The notes beneath the pieces are model-generated. The model did no database searches and was not told where the DNA came from. It saw only the letters and a list, made by a program, of their open reading frames with translations. Below, piece after piece: positions 49,361 through 62,818 of a stretch of DNA of 64,000 bases. Location of the stretch: the NCBI GenBank assembly GCA_050613775.1, contig JBODTK010000013.1:1364001-1428000 (forward strand), read 5' to 3'. Position 1 is the first letter of the stretch. Every line of letters begins with the position of its first letter. Position numbers and translations under genes: made by a program. This DNA comes from Neocallimastix sp. 'constans'. Its lineage: Eukaryota.

Positions 49361-52204
49361 ATGAGTATTTCAGATTTTGAACAATCATTATGGGAATTAG
49401 CTTTGTAAGTAGCAAAACGTTATTTATTAATATAAATTTAAAAAATTAAATAAAAAAATTAATATATATATTTAATTCTTCAAAATTTGTAATGATAACA
49501 TTTATATGTCAATTTCATATAAAAACGAAATAATAAATATAAAATAATAAATATAAAATAATTTAGGCTAATTAACCCAACCCATTTGGCTAATATAACA
49601 ACAACAAAATTGAATTCGTATTATCAAGATACAATTTTAGATATGAGAAAAGTTGTTCTTGTTCAGAATTTATTTAATGATATATATAACAATTGGACAG
49701 ATCACCAAATTCGTTATCAACAAAATAGAAGAAGACAAATAGAAAATGGTGAAATAACAGAAGAACAATTATTACAAGAGGAAATGATGGAAGAAAATGA
49801 AAGTGAAATAGAGTATATATCGGACGAAGAAGCACAAGATGTAATAGTTGAAGAAAGGTATGATTCGATGGAATTTTCTAATAATAAAGAAACTGAAACA
49901 ATCGAGAATAAAGAAAATATTAATAATACTAATACTCAGAATGGAGGTGTTATTATAACCAATGACAATACTGTTATTCAATTACCAGTCAGAAAGAGTT
50001 CTGTTAAACATAAAAATAATGGTAAACCAATTAAGCAAGATAATATTGAAAGTCAACCAATTGAAGATAATAGCAAGAATGAATCTACTAATATAACCGA
50101 AAACGCCGTTACAAAAGAAAATATTGTTGATAATAGTAATGTAAATACCGAAATTAAGGATAATAACTTAACTCCATCAAAGGAAATGACTAAAAAATCA
50201 ACAAAGAGTATCTCAGAAAATATTGTAAAAGAACAAACAGTCAGTGAACCTAAAGAAAATGTTAAGAAAATTACTCTTGACTTTAGTGGTAAGGATGCTG
50301 CTAAATCGAAGTCAGAAACTAAGTCTTCTGATGATGAGAAAGAATCTAAAAAGTCCAAGAAGGAACATTCTCGTCGTAAGAAGGTTGAAAGAGAACCAAG
50401 AAAGGATTCATTAAAGGCTAATGTTAAATTATCTGATGAAAAATGTAATGAAGTTCTTAAGGAATTAGAAGACTCTGGTGTTATTACCACTGAAAAGACT
50501 GGTACTGAAGAAAAACTTAATAAGAAAACTGATTCTGCTATCTCATTAGAAGAGAAGGTAAAGGTCGATAGTTCTCCTAACACTAATAATAATTCATTTG
50601 TTGTTAGATCATTTAATATACCCTCACAACAATCCACTTCGTCTTCCCCATCTTTATCATCATCTTTATCTCCATCATTATCATATAGTAATCTTCCTTC
50701 AAAACAAGATCCAATTCCAGTTCGTAATTCTAGTTACAAGAAGACTAAGCCAACTTACAGGCTTTCTGATAAGGATGTTTCTATTAAAAATAAATATAAG
50801 CTTAACAAAAGTAAAGATGAAACTAAAAAAGAAGAACCAAAGGTTCGTTTACGTCCAAAGAAAATTTCAGAACCTCCAGCTATGCAAAGAAGATCTATGG
50901 ATGAATTACTCTTCCAATTTGCTGATGTTATGGATGTAGTATCCTTAATTCCACATATTGTTGGTGATGATGACTTACTTGGTAATGATTTAACTTTCAA
51001 TTCTTCTGATTTGAATTCTAAAGCTCAAACTAAGGATAGTAATGGTAATGTGGTCGAGGAAAGACCACGTAGACGTCCATCAAGAGCTCCAACTCCACCA
51101 CCAACTGTTGTAAGTAATGGTAAAGAATATGAAATTTACTCAATCCCATCAGAAAGACATCAAAAATACATTAAGAAGAAGGAAGAAATGGAAAAGCAAA
51201 ATAAGAGACGTAGTTCATTAAAATTTGAATATCATGGATTTGAGGATTTAAAGAGACAACAAGAATTAGCTGGTTATGATGTTAGTGGTGATATTCCAAT
51301 TACTGATAGAAAAGCTAGAGAAGCCAGAGAAGCTAGAAAAGCTAAGGAAGCTAAAGAAGCTAAAGAAAGAGAAGCTAGAGAAGCCAAGCAAATGAAAGAA
51401 AGTAATAGTAGTAAAAGTAGTCCACATTCCTATTATAAAAGAACTAGCTATGTTTCATCATCTGGAAAAAATTCACCATCAGTCTCCCCATCTCCATCCC
51501 CATCTCCTTCTCCTTCATTATCATATTCTTCTGCAGGTAGTTGTGGTTCAACAATGAAAATGGATGTTTTAAGTGGATGTATGCTTTCTTCATCTAATTC
51601 TTCCAGTAGTAATAGTAGTCATAATTCAAAGAGTTCCACTACTAAAAGAGCAAGCAGATTCTTAACTTCCCTTACCAAATCAAAATCAAAATCAAAAGAA
51701 AAAGATAAGGAAAAGGAAAAGGAAAAGCATGCTAATAAGGAAAATCAACCATCTAATAGTTCAAACAAGAATTATCTTGTAAGACGTAAGAGTAGTGATA
51801 AGTCTTCTGCTTCCTCTGTTCGTAGTCACCAAAGATATAGACATGGTGGTAGTAATCAAGAGGCTTCATCTCAAACTCAATCATCTCCATCTTTAAGTTC
51901 ATCCTCTGTTAAGAAATCCTATTCTTCTACTACACTCTCTAAATATGATCTTCCACATATGTCTACTTTTTCTTCTAATCAAGAAAGTACCTCCAGACGT
52001 TATGCTAATGGTGAAAGAAGTAAGACCACACCACTTCCATCTGATTCAGGATTATTTGAAGGTCTTAGCTTATCAACACCTTCATCATCAAATTCTTCTT
52101 CTAAACAACGTTCTAATAAGTATACTAATGATTCTAAAAGTTCATCAACATCAGAAATCGATAAATTCTTTGATAATGTATTCAGAATTGATTGGTCTCT
52201 TTAA
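49361..52204 (+). CDS. Ser/Lys/Glu-rich, largely disordered protein (~893 aa) with an N-terminal SERTA-like helix motif; 2 exons
   Basis: Exon 1 49361-49404 (MSISDFEQSLWELAL; GTAAGT donor) splices in frame to 49567 and into the 872-aa ORF; higher GC than flanks. Confidence 0.85.
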
Positions 52205-52569
52205 AAAAAAATAAAAAATAAAAAATAAGTAAAGAAAAAAAATTTTTATTCTATTATTCAATTAAATGTACAAAATGAAAAACATATATATATAATTAAC
52301 AATAATTAGCAATCGAAAACAAAATAAACAAAACGAAAAATCTATTACGAAGTAATAAAATATAAAATCAAATCAAGATTGACGTACTTCAAAATATAAA
52401 AAAAAGTATATTTATTTATATAATTAAATATTTTTTTTAATTAATCTAAATACAATATAATAATATATTAATAATTGTATAATATTATTATTTATTTAAG
52501 AATAATACTACTAATTTAGCTATTATTAACATTCAACGTGTAATATTAGCTAGTAAATATTAAAAAAAA

Positions 52570-52600
<31 letters not shown>

Positions 52601-52714
52601 TTTTTTTTTTATAATTATATATTATTATTAAATTTCCTTTTCATAACATATTTATATTTTAATTTATTTTATGTATTATTTTTTTTTTTTTTTTATTCAT
52701 TTTATTATTATTGA

Positions 52715-52762
<48 letters not shown>

Positions 52763-53949
52763 ATGTTTTAATAATTATAATAATAATTTGTAAAATATAT
52801 TATATAATAAAAGATTATTTAAAAAAAAAAAAAGAAATTCAGATATAGTACATATTAATAAAAAGGAAATTTATCAGACAATAGTATATATAAACAGTAA
52901 AAAGGAAATTAACAATATTAAAATAAAAAAAAAAAAATATGTTTTTTAGAATGAAAGAAAAAAAAAAATAAAGTTCATTAATTAGTAGTTTAATCAGTAT
53001 AAGTATCAATACAATATAAAAAATAATCAATATTTAGTTATATAAATAATTACTCATTAAAAAAAATAATAAAAATAAAATAAAAAATAAAATAAAAAAA
53101 TGGAAAGGAAAAAAGAGAAAGAAAAGAGAATAGCAAAATAAAGTATATATTTATTTATTTTTATTAAATTATTTATATACTATTTAATCTTTTTTCTTTT
53201 TTCTTTTTTAATTTTCTTTTTTTTTTTTTAAAAAAAAAAAAAATTTTAAAGATAGTTAAAAAAATCAAAAATTATTAAAGATTTCAAAATAATTAAATTT
53301 TTCTATCATAATAAAATCAAAAACAAATTAAATATATACAGTATTAATGTCAGTATTAAAATATAATAAAATAATAATAATAAATAAATATAAATATATA
53401 AATAAGTAAAATTAATATTGAATAGTAGAAATAGTTCATGGTCAGAAAATTAAATATATTTAAATATATATATATATAATTAATTTTTATATGCAAAAAA
53501 AATAAAAAGGATCAATAATAATTATAATATTATTCAATATAATTTATTATCTAATTTTAGGTTTTAGTTTAAAAAAAAAAAAAAAAAAAAAAAAGCTTTT
53601 TCTTTTCTTTTTTCTTTTTTCTTTTTTTTTTTTACTTTAAAGTAATTTAATTTAATTGTTTTAATATAATTATTAAAAAAAAAAAAAAAAAAAAAAAAAG
53701 TATTATATATATGATATATGATAACTTCTTATAGTATTCAATATATATAAATTTAAATTTTTTTTATTTTCTTTTATTTTTTTATATTTAAAAAAATTGA
53801 AAAAAAAAATTAAAACATATATCTAATTATAAATATTAAAATAATTATTTAAAAAATAATAAAATTAATAAATAAAATAAAAAAAAAAATAATAAATAAA
53901 AATGATTATTTTATGATAATAAATTAAATATTTATTAAATTACTATTCC

Positions 53950-54365
53950 AGGTAAATAAATAAACAATAAATATAAATATAAACAATAGCTCGATAGCTT
54001 CTTAATTATTAATTAAATTTTTACACGCCTAGTTAAATTTTTTTTGTAATAAACATATGGTTTACTCTCTGACAAATTTTAATTTTAATAATGAATTATT
54101 TATTTTATTATTCCACCTTCATTTTTCTTGCTTCAGACCATATATAACCTTGTTTAATTTCCAAAATTCAATGTAATTTTCAAGACCATCAAGAATTTCC
54201 ATATATAATTCTTCATCTACTTCAGCATCGAGATATGCCGTATTCATGTCTAGCTAGTACATATCGAAATTATAATATGTTGAAAGATTTGTAATGATTC
54301 TAAGAGACGAATTCTTGCTTTATAATTGACAAAAAGGTTTCTTCATAATCAATACCCATATACTT
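53950..54365 (-). mobile_element. Degenerate copia reverse-transcriptase fragment
   Basis: GIDYEETF ... DMY*LDMNTAYLDAEVDEELYMEI...FWKLNKVIYGLKQ with stops. Confidence 0.85.
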
Positions 54366-54953
54366 GAAAAAAAAAAAAAAAAAAAAAAAAACACATTAAA
54401 TTCCTTTTAAATTCTGGAATAGAGAAAACATTTCTCAATGAAATTTTGTTATCGTTATTATATCCATTAAATTCACCTATATTTATTTTGAATTTACTTT
54501 ATTACCATTAGCATTTATTAATTATTAATTAAATTTTTACACGATTTATTATATTTTTTTTTTATTTCTTTCAATATTTCATCTCATATTAATTTTACAT
54601 AAATTTTTTTATAGAATCTAATTTATTTATAATACATTTTTATTCATTTATTAATTTAATATTAAATTTTTTTATAATTACTATCATAAATTAATTTTTG
54701 TCTCATAAACTATAATAAAAAATAATTAATATTAATTAACTATTATATATTAAAAGTCTAGAATATTAAACTTATTGAATTCTAATATTTATTAATTAAA
54801 TAATGATGTAATGGTTTCGTAACTATCAACATAACAAAATTAATTTTATTTTAATTAGATCTATCATAAATTAATTTCATTTTAATTAGATCTATCCTTT
54901 TAAAAAAAAAATTTCTTTTTTTATATGTCAATTCCAATCATATTTTTATAGTA

Positions 54954-55130
54954 TTTTTTTTTTTTTTTTTTTTTTTTACTTCCGGTGTGACGCCCTTATT
55001 TTCAGCCCCTCCCCCCTCAAGGGCATGGGAATATTGAGATAGTCACAACACCTTCATATGCTTTCACATAGGCGGATACTGTCCCTACTAAACGGTCCTA
55101 CTGAGTGTTCAGCATTGGCGTTCTTAGTTT
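54954..55130 (-). mobile_element. Short GC-rich LINE 3'-terminal fragment with poly(A)
   Basis: Minus strand encodes TKNANAEHSVGPFSR, resembling TKSVNAEETVRQASR at the end of ORF 63056-63829, and ends in a poly(A) (T-run 54954-54977). Confidence 0.6.
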
Positions 55131-55178
55131 TATAATAGAAATATTGATTTTAAATATTATTATTATTACTATGATTTG

Positions 55179-55219
<41 letters not shown>

Positions 55220-55537
55220 GATTTGATTATTATTATTATGATTATTATTATTATTATTATGATTTGATTATTATTATTATGATTATTATTATTATTATTA
55301 TGATTTGATTATTATTATTATATATATATTTAAGAAATTATTTTAGCAATATTTAAATTAAATTAAATAATTAATATAACATAAAAAATATTTTATTCAT
55401 GTAAAATTAGAGGTTAATTTAGGATAGAAATATACATAACAGTTTAATAATATCAAGTTAATAGTGTAAAATAGGATAATTTTATGTACACATGTTCACC
55501 AGTAAACCAATTTATTCATTATAGAATAATTAGGTTT

Positions 55538-55739
55538 AAGGGGGAATGTTAGAATATGTGAAATGTATGAAAATAAGCTTCAAATGTATTAAAATATATT
55601 GTAATATAATAATGTATAAGCCACAATGTATTAATATAAAAGCATTTAATTAGAATAATTAAGTGCTAGTAACTCTTTATCATAAAATATATTAATAAAA
55701 TTGACATAATTATAAACCATAAATTCATAACTCTTAACA
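55538..55739 (+). mobile_element. PPT plus 193-bp 3' LTR of a second LTR family (internal region lost)
   Basis: aagggggaa then TGTTAG(55547)...CTTAACA(55739), followed directly by (ATT)n. Confidence 0.75.
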
Positions 55740-55773
55740 ATTATTATTATTATGATTTGATTATTATGATTTG

Positions 55774-55847
<74 letters not shown>

Positions 55848-55876
55848 ATCATTAACAAATTAGTTTATATATTTAT

Positions 55877-55907
<31 letters not shown>

Positions 55908-57259
55908 TTATTATTATTATTATTTCTCACTCTTCTTATTTTAATCATTGATCCATATTCAAACTATTTTTTATCATTATAGAAATAAAAAAAAAAATAA
56001 AATATTTTATTTTATTTTTTGATATATACTATTTAATGAAATTTTATATATTTATTAGTGAAATTTTCATGAATTTATTAATGTGAATACAATAAAACTA
56101 TAACCAAGTAGTCATCTGGTTAAATGCTTGATTTGACAAATTAGTAATAATTTTTTATTTAAAAAAAAAAAAAAAATTCTTAAATATATATAAATGATAA
56201 TTTTTGGTATATTACAGATATATTTACATTTTATATGAACAAATTATGTTTTAATATAGATATTAAATAAAAAAAATAGAAAATAAAGATAAAAAATTAA
56301 AAGTAAATTATTTATATTATTTATTTTTTTCTTTTTTTTTTTTTTACTGTTAATATAACTTATTTAATTCAAATACTTGTTTATATCTTTTTTTTTTTAA
56401 AAAAAAATTTTATATTTATTAAAATTATCTTTTATGTATTTTTCTAAAATATTATTAATATTAATATTTTTCAATTCAACTATATCAAAATATTAATATT
56501 AATTTTTAAAATATTTTATTATATTAAAATATTAATATTAATTTTTAAAATATTTTATTATATTAAAATATTTATCATTTAAATTTTTCAATTCAAGTTC
56601 ATTTTTTAAAGGATATTGTTTTAATTTTTCGATATTTCTTTTATCATTTTTAAATATCATTTTTCTTCTCTCTTTAGTATAATGTATGATCACATAATTT
56701 TTATCTCTATTTTGTATTAGAACTACAATTTAAAGTAAAATCTAAATAAGGAAGATATATAAATTGTTTAAATTCATTTATTTTATAATTTTTTCTAATA
56801 ATACTGCTTCAATAATAATGAAATTATTTATTTTTTTAAAAATTATAATGTAATATTAATAATTTTCTAACTAACTTAATTCTATTAAAATTATTAATAA
56901 TCAGTTGTTTTACTTGACCTAAAATTCTTCTTTGTTATTAAGTGAATAAATAAGGTCAAGAATAATGAAATGTTGTATAATATTAAACTTAAATTTATCA
57001 TATCAATAAAGAATTTCCATGATTTTTTAATATGATTTTCGCCTTCAATTTTAAGTTTCAGTCATAATAATAATAATAATAATTATAATAATAAGAAAGT
57101 TTTGGTATCATTGAATTTAAAGACTTAAAAATTATAATAATAAAACATATATATATATATATATATTATAAAATATTATCATTAATGTAATAAAATATCC
57201 AAAAAAAAAAAAAAAAAAAATTTTTTTTTGAAAATATTTTGTTAAAATCATTTGAATAC

Positions 57260-59260
57260 TATTTTCTTTTTTCTTTTTTCTTTTTTCTTTTTTTTTTAAG
57301 GACGCAATTATTGCGAACTTTAATTTTTATTTATTTATTCATTTATTAATTACATGAATACTTTTAATTTTAATAAAAATATTAAAAAACGCTGAATTAA
57401 TAAAAAAAAGATAAATATTATTTATCTAATTATATTTTTAATAATAATGTGAAATTAAAAGAAACATTCAAAATAAAGTGTATGAATAAATTCGGAATAA
57501 AATTCATATGCAACGAACCTCACCTCCATATTACTTATTCGGGATTCTGGTTTGAATTGACTATCTGAAAGAAAGAAATTATGGTCTTCTCCTTCAGAGA
57601 CATTTGGCCTGCTAGCCTGTCTTACTACATTTCTTACTACATTTTCAGCGTTGACCGTCCTGGCTAGTATGCACTTATACTTTCGGAATAGTAACCCTTG
57701 TTGAGTACTAGCCCGAGGCATAATTTCTGTACAGAGAGCCGCAGATCGAACCATGAATGGCGTTTTATGAATAAGTACCAGAAATAATTTGGTTCTTAAA
57801 CAAAATATCCCATTCCTTTTTATAATTTATATCATTAATATCTACATACCTTTCTGGACAGTCTTCTTCAATCATTTTGGCAGTTTCGGCAACACGAGCA
57901 TCGAATTTATATCCAACATCTGGCATGAAGTACCTATCCAAAGCTAATGCTAAATTCAGGATACTTGAAGTTGAGCTTTAGGTAGTCTCTGGTTCCAATT
58001 CTAAATCATTTGAAAACGGTACACCTTGATAGATATAGCAAATCTTTTTAGGTAACTCCTGACTTGAAAGATAAAAAAGGTAGAGTGTTACTATTATTAA
58101 GAAATCTTGAAACTTCCCCTCGTACTACTAAACTGGCACATTTATCGATATATAAATTGCATTTTCATTATTTTTAGCCCATTTACTGGTAAGTTTTAAC
58201 AATTTCTTAAGGTGAGAACTTGTTAGAGCACATAACACAATGTCATCTATAAAGAGACCTCCACAACAAACGTCTATCACCAATAGAGATTTCATATTTA
58301 TCACATTTATTATAAATGTCATTAATGAACAAGTTAAATAAAATGGGTGAGAGGAGATAGCCTTGACGAACTCCCTTCTTAATACTAAATGATTCTGGTA
58401 ATTGTTCGTCCACCCTTACACAAGCCTTAGAAGATAAGTATAAGTTTTCAATAAATTTATAGCACATACCTCTAATACCTAAGTGATGAATTTTCATTAA
58501 TACATTATATATGGGAACTGAGTCATATGCTTTTTTAAAGTCCAAAAAAAAAGCAAGATTAAGTATCTTTATTTTCAAATTTTTGTCTCTGACATATATA
58601 ATTCTTAATGAGGTGTAAAAACTGATACATTCTTCTCGGTTACGAAATCCATCTCAAAACATAGGAATAATGATTTAAAAATCATATTGAAGTACTCAAT
58701 ACTGTCACTTTTCACAAAATTTCATCTATTGGTATTCCAACAAAGACAAAAAGAAAACTTTCCTGTGTTAAAATGTGAAATAGGATTTTGAGAATTATGA
58801 TTATGGTATATTAGGAGCATTGAGTTCATGATTGCCATTTATAACATTTACTTAAATTACTTGAACTGAGATTTACTAAATTTGTATTATTGAATGTATT
58901 AGATGTGTTATTAGATATTAAATTATGTTTCAAATTCTGAAAAGAAACCTTATGATTCCATTTGGAACATCTACTATATGAAATTTTAACTCCTGATATT
59001 GATTTTTCAAATACTTTTTCAAATGTTTTGGTGGTTAAAATTTGGAGTGTATACTTTTATCCTGAAGAAATTATCATTGAATTTAAGTAATTCTTTTCAC
59101 TGACAGGATATTATCCTTGAATTTTTTTTTTTACATCGTGAATGAATAAATTCCCTCATTTTAGCATTGGTTTGTGAGTGTATACCACAGATAAAAATCA
59201 ACCTTGTGTTATCAATAGATGTTCCATAGCAGCAAGAAACCCGGTGAATTATCTTTTCCA
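57260..59260 (-). mobile_element. Degenerate, internally deleted LINE with an RT domain
   Basis: FLDFKKAYDSVP, GVRQGYLLSPILFNLFINDI, GLFIDDIVL, GYKFDARVAETAKMIEEDCPE, VRQASR...EDHNF; T-rich tail 57260-57297; 5' boundary uncertain. Confidence 0.85.
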
Positions 59261-59375
59261 TAATGAACTATTAATTACAAATCGATAAATATAAAACTAA
59301 TATAAACTGAAATAATAAAAACTATGAAATATTAATATTAATAAAAAAGCAATAGAGAAAAAAATAAATATAGAA

Positions 59376-59446
<71 letters not shown>

Positions 59447-61108
59447 ATTAAAATAATATAAAGTTTTTTCTTTGTTCTTTGTGTAGTAAATAATAAATAT
59501 TTTAGTAAAACAAACCACTTGTATATTTTGTTATAATGAATAATCTTTTCTTTTTATTTTTTAAATTATTGTTTTATTGTTTTTGTTTTTGTTTTTTAAT
59601 TAATAAAGCTCTGTATAACGTAAAAATTTTCTGTTGAATAATCATATATTACCTAAAATGTAGATGTAACTAAAATGTTAGTACTGAAAGACTATAAAAA
59701 GATTCCCATCCGTTAAATAAAGTCTTAAACACAAGCTTTGGAGTGAATCGATCTCCTACATTTTCATTTTACAATAGCTACATGAAAGTTTAAATAATAT
59801 TATAGAAAAAAATACATATATAAAATAATGCTAAAGTAAAAAATACATCACAATGATAATATGTAGAAAAACTACATGATATTATTAATTTTACAACTTC
59901 AATGTTTACTACATATCCAGTTTAAAAACAATATAAAGCCTCAGGTTCAATTTCTACAGTCTTCCTTCCAGTATTCTAATTTTTTCTCTTCGTATAACCA
60001 TCGATGATCACCAGAATTACAGAAAACAGTAATTAGTACAACTGATATAGGCTATTTCTTTTTCATCAACCCTCCATGGACCTAGAAAAACAGTCCATAT
60101 CATTGGGAATTTTAATATTAAAAGATATAAAATTATTATTGAATTAATTCAATTCAATCTGATTATAACGAAGAACAACTACAAAACTTTTTGGATATTA
60201 ATTATTTCAATAGGACATAATTAAATAATAATAATTTTTGATATTATAAAAATCTTCTCAAGATAATAAAAATAACATATCACCTTTAATGATAGACATT
60301 GTTAAAAGAAATTTTGATTCAAATAAAAATAGAATCATAAATTGAATTAAAAATGATGATATAATTAATTTAAAAGAATAAATTAATAAAAAAAAATTAT
60401 AATAATAATAATAATAATAATAAAATATATTAAATTAGAAAAATTAAACAATAATAATTTATTATTAAATTTGTCATTTCATTAAATTTAATATAAATAA
60501 TATTTCTTAAAAAAAAAAAACAAAAAGACTTCTCTATTAATCACTTTAATATAAAAAGATTCAATATTATTAAATTAATTGAGGATAATGGTATAAAATA
60601 TCTAGAAAATTTTATTTAAAATAAAATAAATAAAAAATAAATAAATAAATAAACTTTATATTAAATGATATTAATGATGATAATCTAAGTCTTGAAGAAT
60701 ATTGCTAAAGTAAATTATTCATTATTAATAGAATTCATAATTTTTTTTTTTAAGATATATAGTAATAAGGAAAAGAATATTCTAACATATTAAAAATAAA
60801 AATATAAATATTATATATAAACAAAAAAAAAAAAAAATTAATGAACTTATGAACTAAAAGAATACATTGTCACATTTGAATATGCTTTTTGGAATTAAAG
60901 AATTAAATATATATAAAAAAATACTAATCAATATTATTTCTTAATAAAAAAAAAATAAAAAATAAAATATTAAATGATATTTTAAAAAATTTTTCAAACT
61001 TCTTATTTTCCTTCAAACAAAACTCTGGTAGATATATCTAACCTATATATCTATATTGAAAAAAAGGACAAAGAAATAATATTTAAATGATTTTAAATGA
61101 AAATTATT

Positions 61109-61142
<34 letters not shown>

Positions 61143-62281
61143 AAAATAAACTTAATATATAGATATTATGATTATTAAACTTATGACCATTTTAATAATT
61201 AATTAAATAAAATTAAAAAATAAAAAAAATAAAAAAATAAAAAAAAAAAAAAATAAAAAACTATCAAAGAACATAACATAATATAATTTATTTATTTTTT
61301 TTTTAATTATTACGAAATAATTATATATATATTTTAATTTTTTTATCCTAATAATGTTGTTTAAAATATACATAATATAATAGTGAAGCAAATATATTAT
61401 TAAAATATAAAAATTATAAAAGTGTAAATATATATATTTAATAAATAATATAAGCATATAATAAACAAAGTTAATATTATAAATATAAAATGAAATAATA
61501 ATAATAATAATAATAATAAATTCAAGACATTTATCTTCATTTTCCATAAATAATTTTTGAATATAATAAACTTCATAAAGAATAAACATATATTTATGTA
61601 TGTATATTCCTTAATCTTTTAATGATTAAAAATAATAATACAGAAAAAAAAAAAAAAAAAAAGAATTTGAAGGATAAAATATACAAAAAAAAATATCAAT
61701 AATGATAGTAAATAAATAAAAGAATATTATATATAATATAAATATAAACTTTTTGTCGTAATAATAATACAAGTAATAATTTTCTAAGGTTTACATTAAT
61801 CAATACCAACTGAAAACTAATTTTATTATATTAATACTAAATAAAACATAAAAAATTCTTGAATATGAATAAAAAAAATTAAAATACCAACAAAAACCAA
61901 ATATAGTAAAAAAAAATAAAAATAAATTAAATTTCTTAAATTTTGAAATGGGGTTCAAAAATAAACAAAGGAATAGCAAAATATATTGAATAAAATATTT
62001 TAAAAAAATTATAAAATATAAAATAATAAAAATAAAAATAAAAATATAATTAAATATATTTTAATATGAAACAAGAGAATATATAGAATATAAAATAAAA
62101 TAATATTATTAAATATTAAATTCATAAGAATTGAATTTTTTTTTTTATAAATATATAAATTAATATTTATTAAACTATTATATAATGGAACTATTATTAT
62201 TTCAAAAAGTTTTAATACAATAATACTAAATTTTTTTTCAAATAATTTGTAATTATTTAAAAGAAAAACAAAAAAAAATTC

Positions 62282-62317
<36 letters not shown>

Positions 62318-62407
62318 TTGTCAAATTTTCAATAAATTATCTTCTATTTTTTTGAATACTACCAATATTGCTATAATTTCTATATATATTTATATTAATT
62401 CCTGATC

Positions 62408-62471
<64 letters not shown>

Positions 62472-62496
62472 TTATTGAATATTTTTTTTATTAAGG

Positions 62497-62530
<34 letters not shown>

Positions 62531-62541
62531 TAGTTTATTTA

Positions 62542-62594
<53 letters not shown>

Positions 62595-62614
62595 CAAATA
62601 TAAAATAGGGGTTC

Positions 62615-62696
62615 TTTTTTTTTTTTTTTTTTTTACAGCCGCAATATTTGCAATATTTACGAACTTTTAACTTCTTTATTTATCCTATTCATCTAT

Positions 62697-62755
<59 letters not shown>

Positions 62756-62785
62756 TATTTCGTCTATTTTAAACATAATAATAAT

Positions 62786-62818
<33 letters not shown>

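Noticed and set aside
52716..52760. Poly(T)-poly(A) hairpin-like junctions (several in the window)
   Set aside because: Expected by chance given homopolymer abundance; no evidence of function
59600..60200. Slightly GC-richer stretch that might be a gene relic
   Set aside because: The frames I translated give short peptides with no recognisable motif
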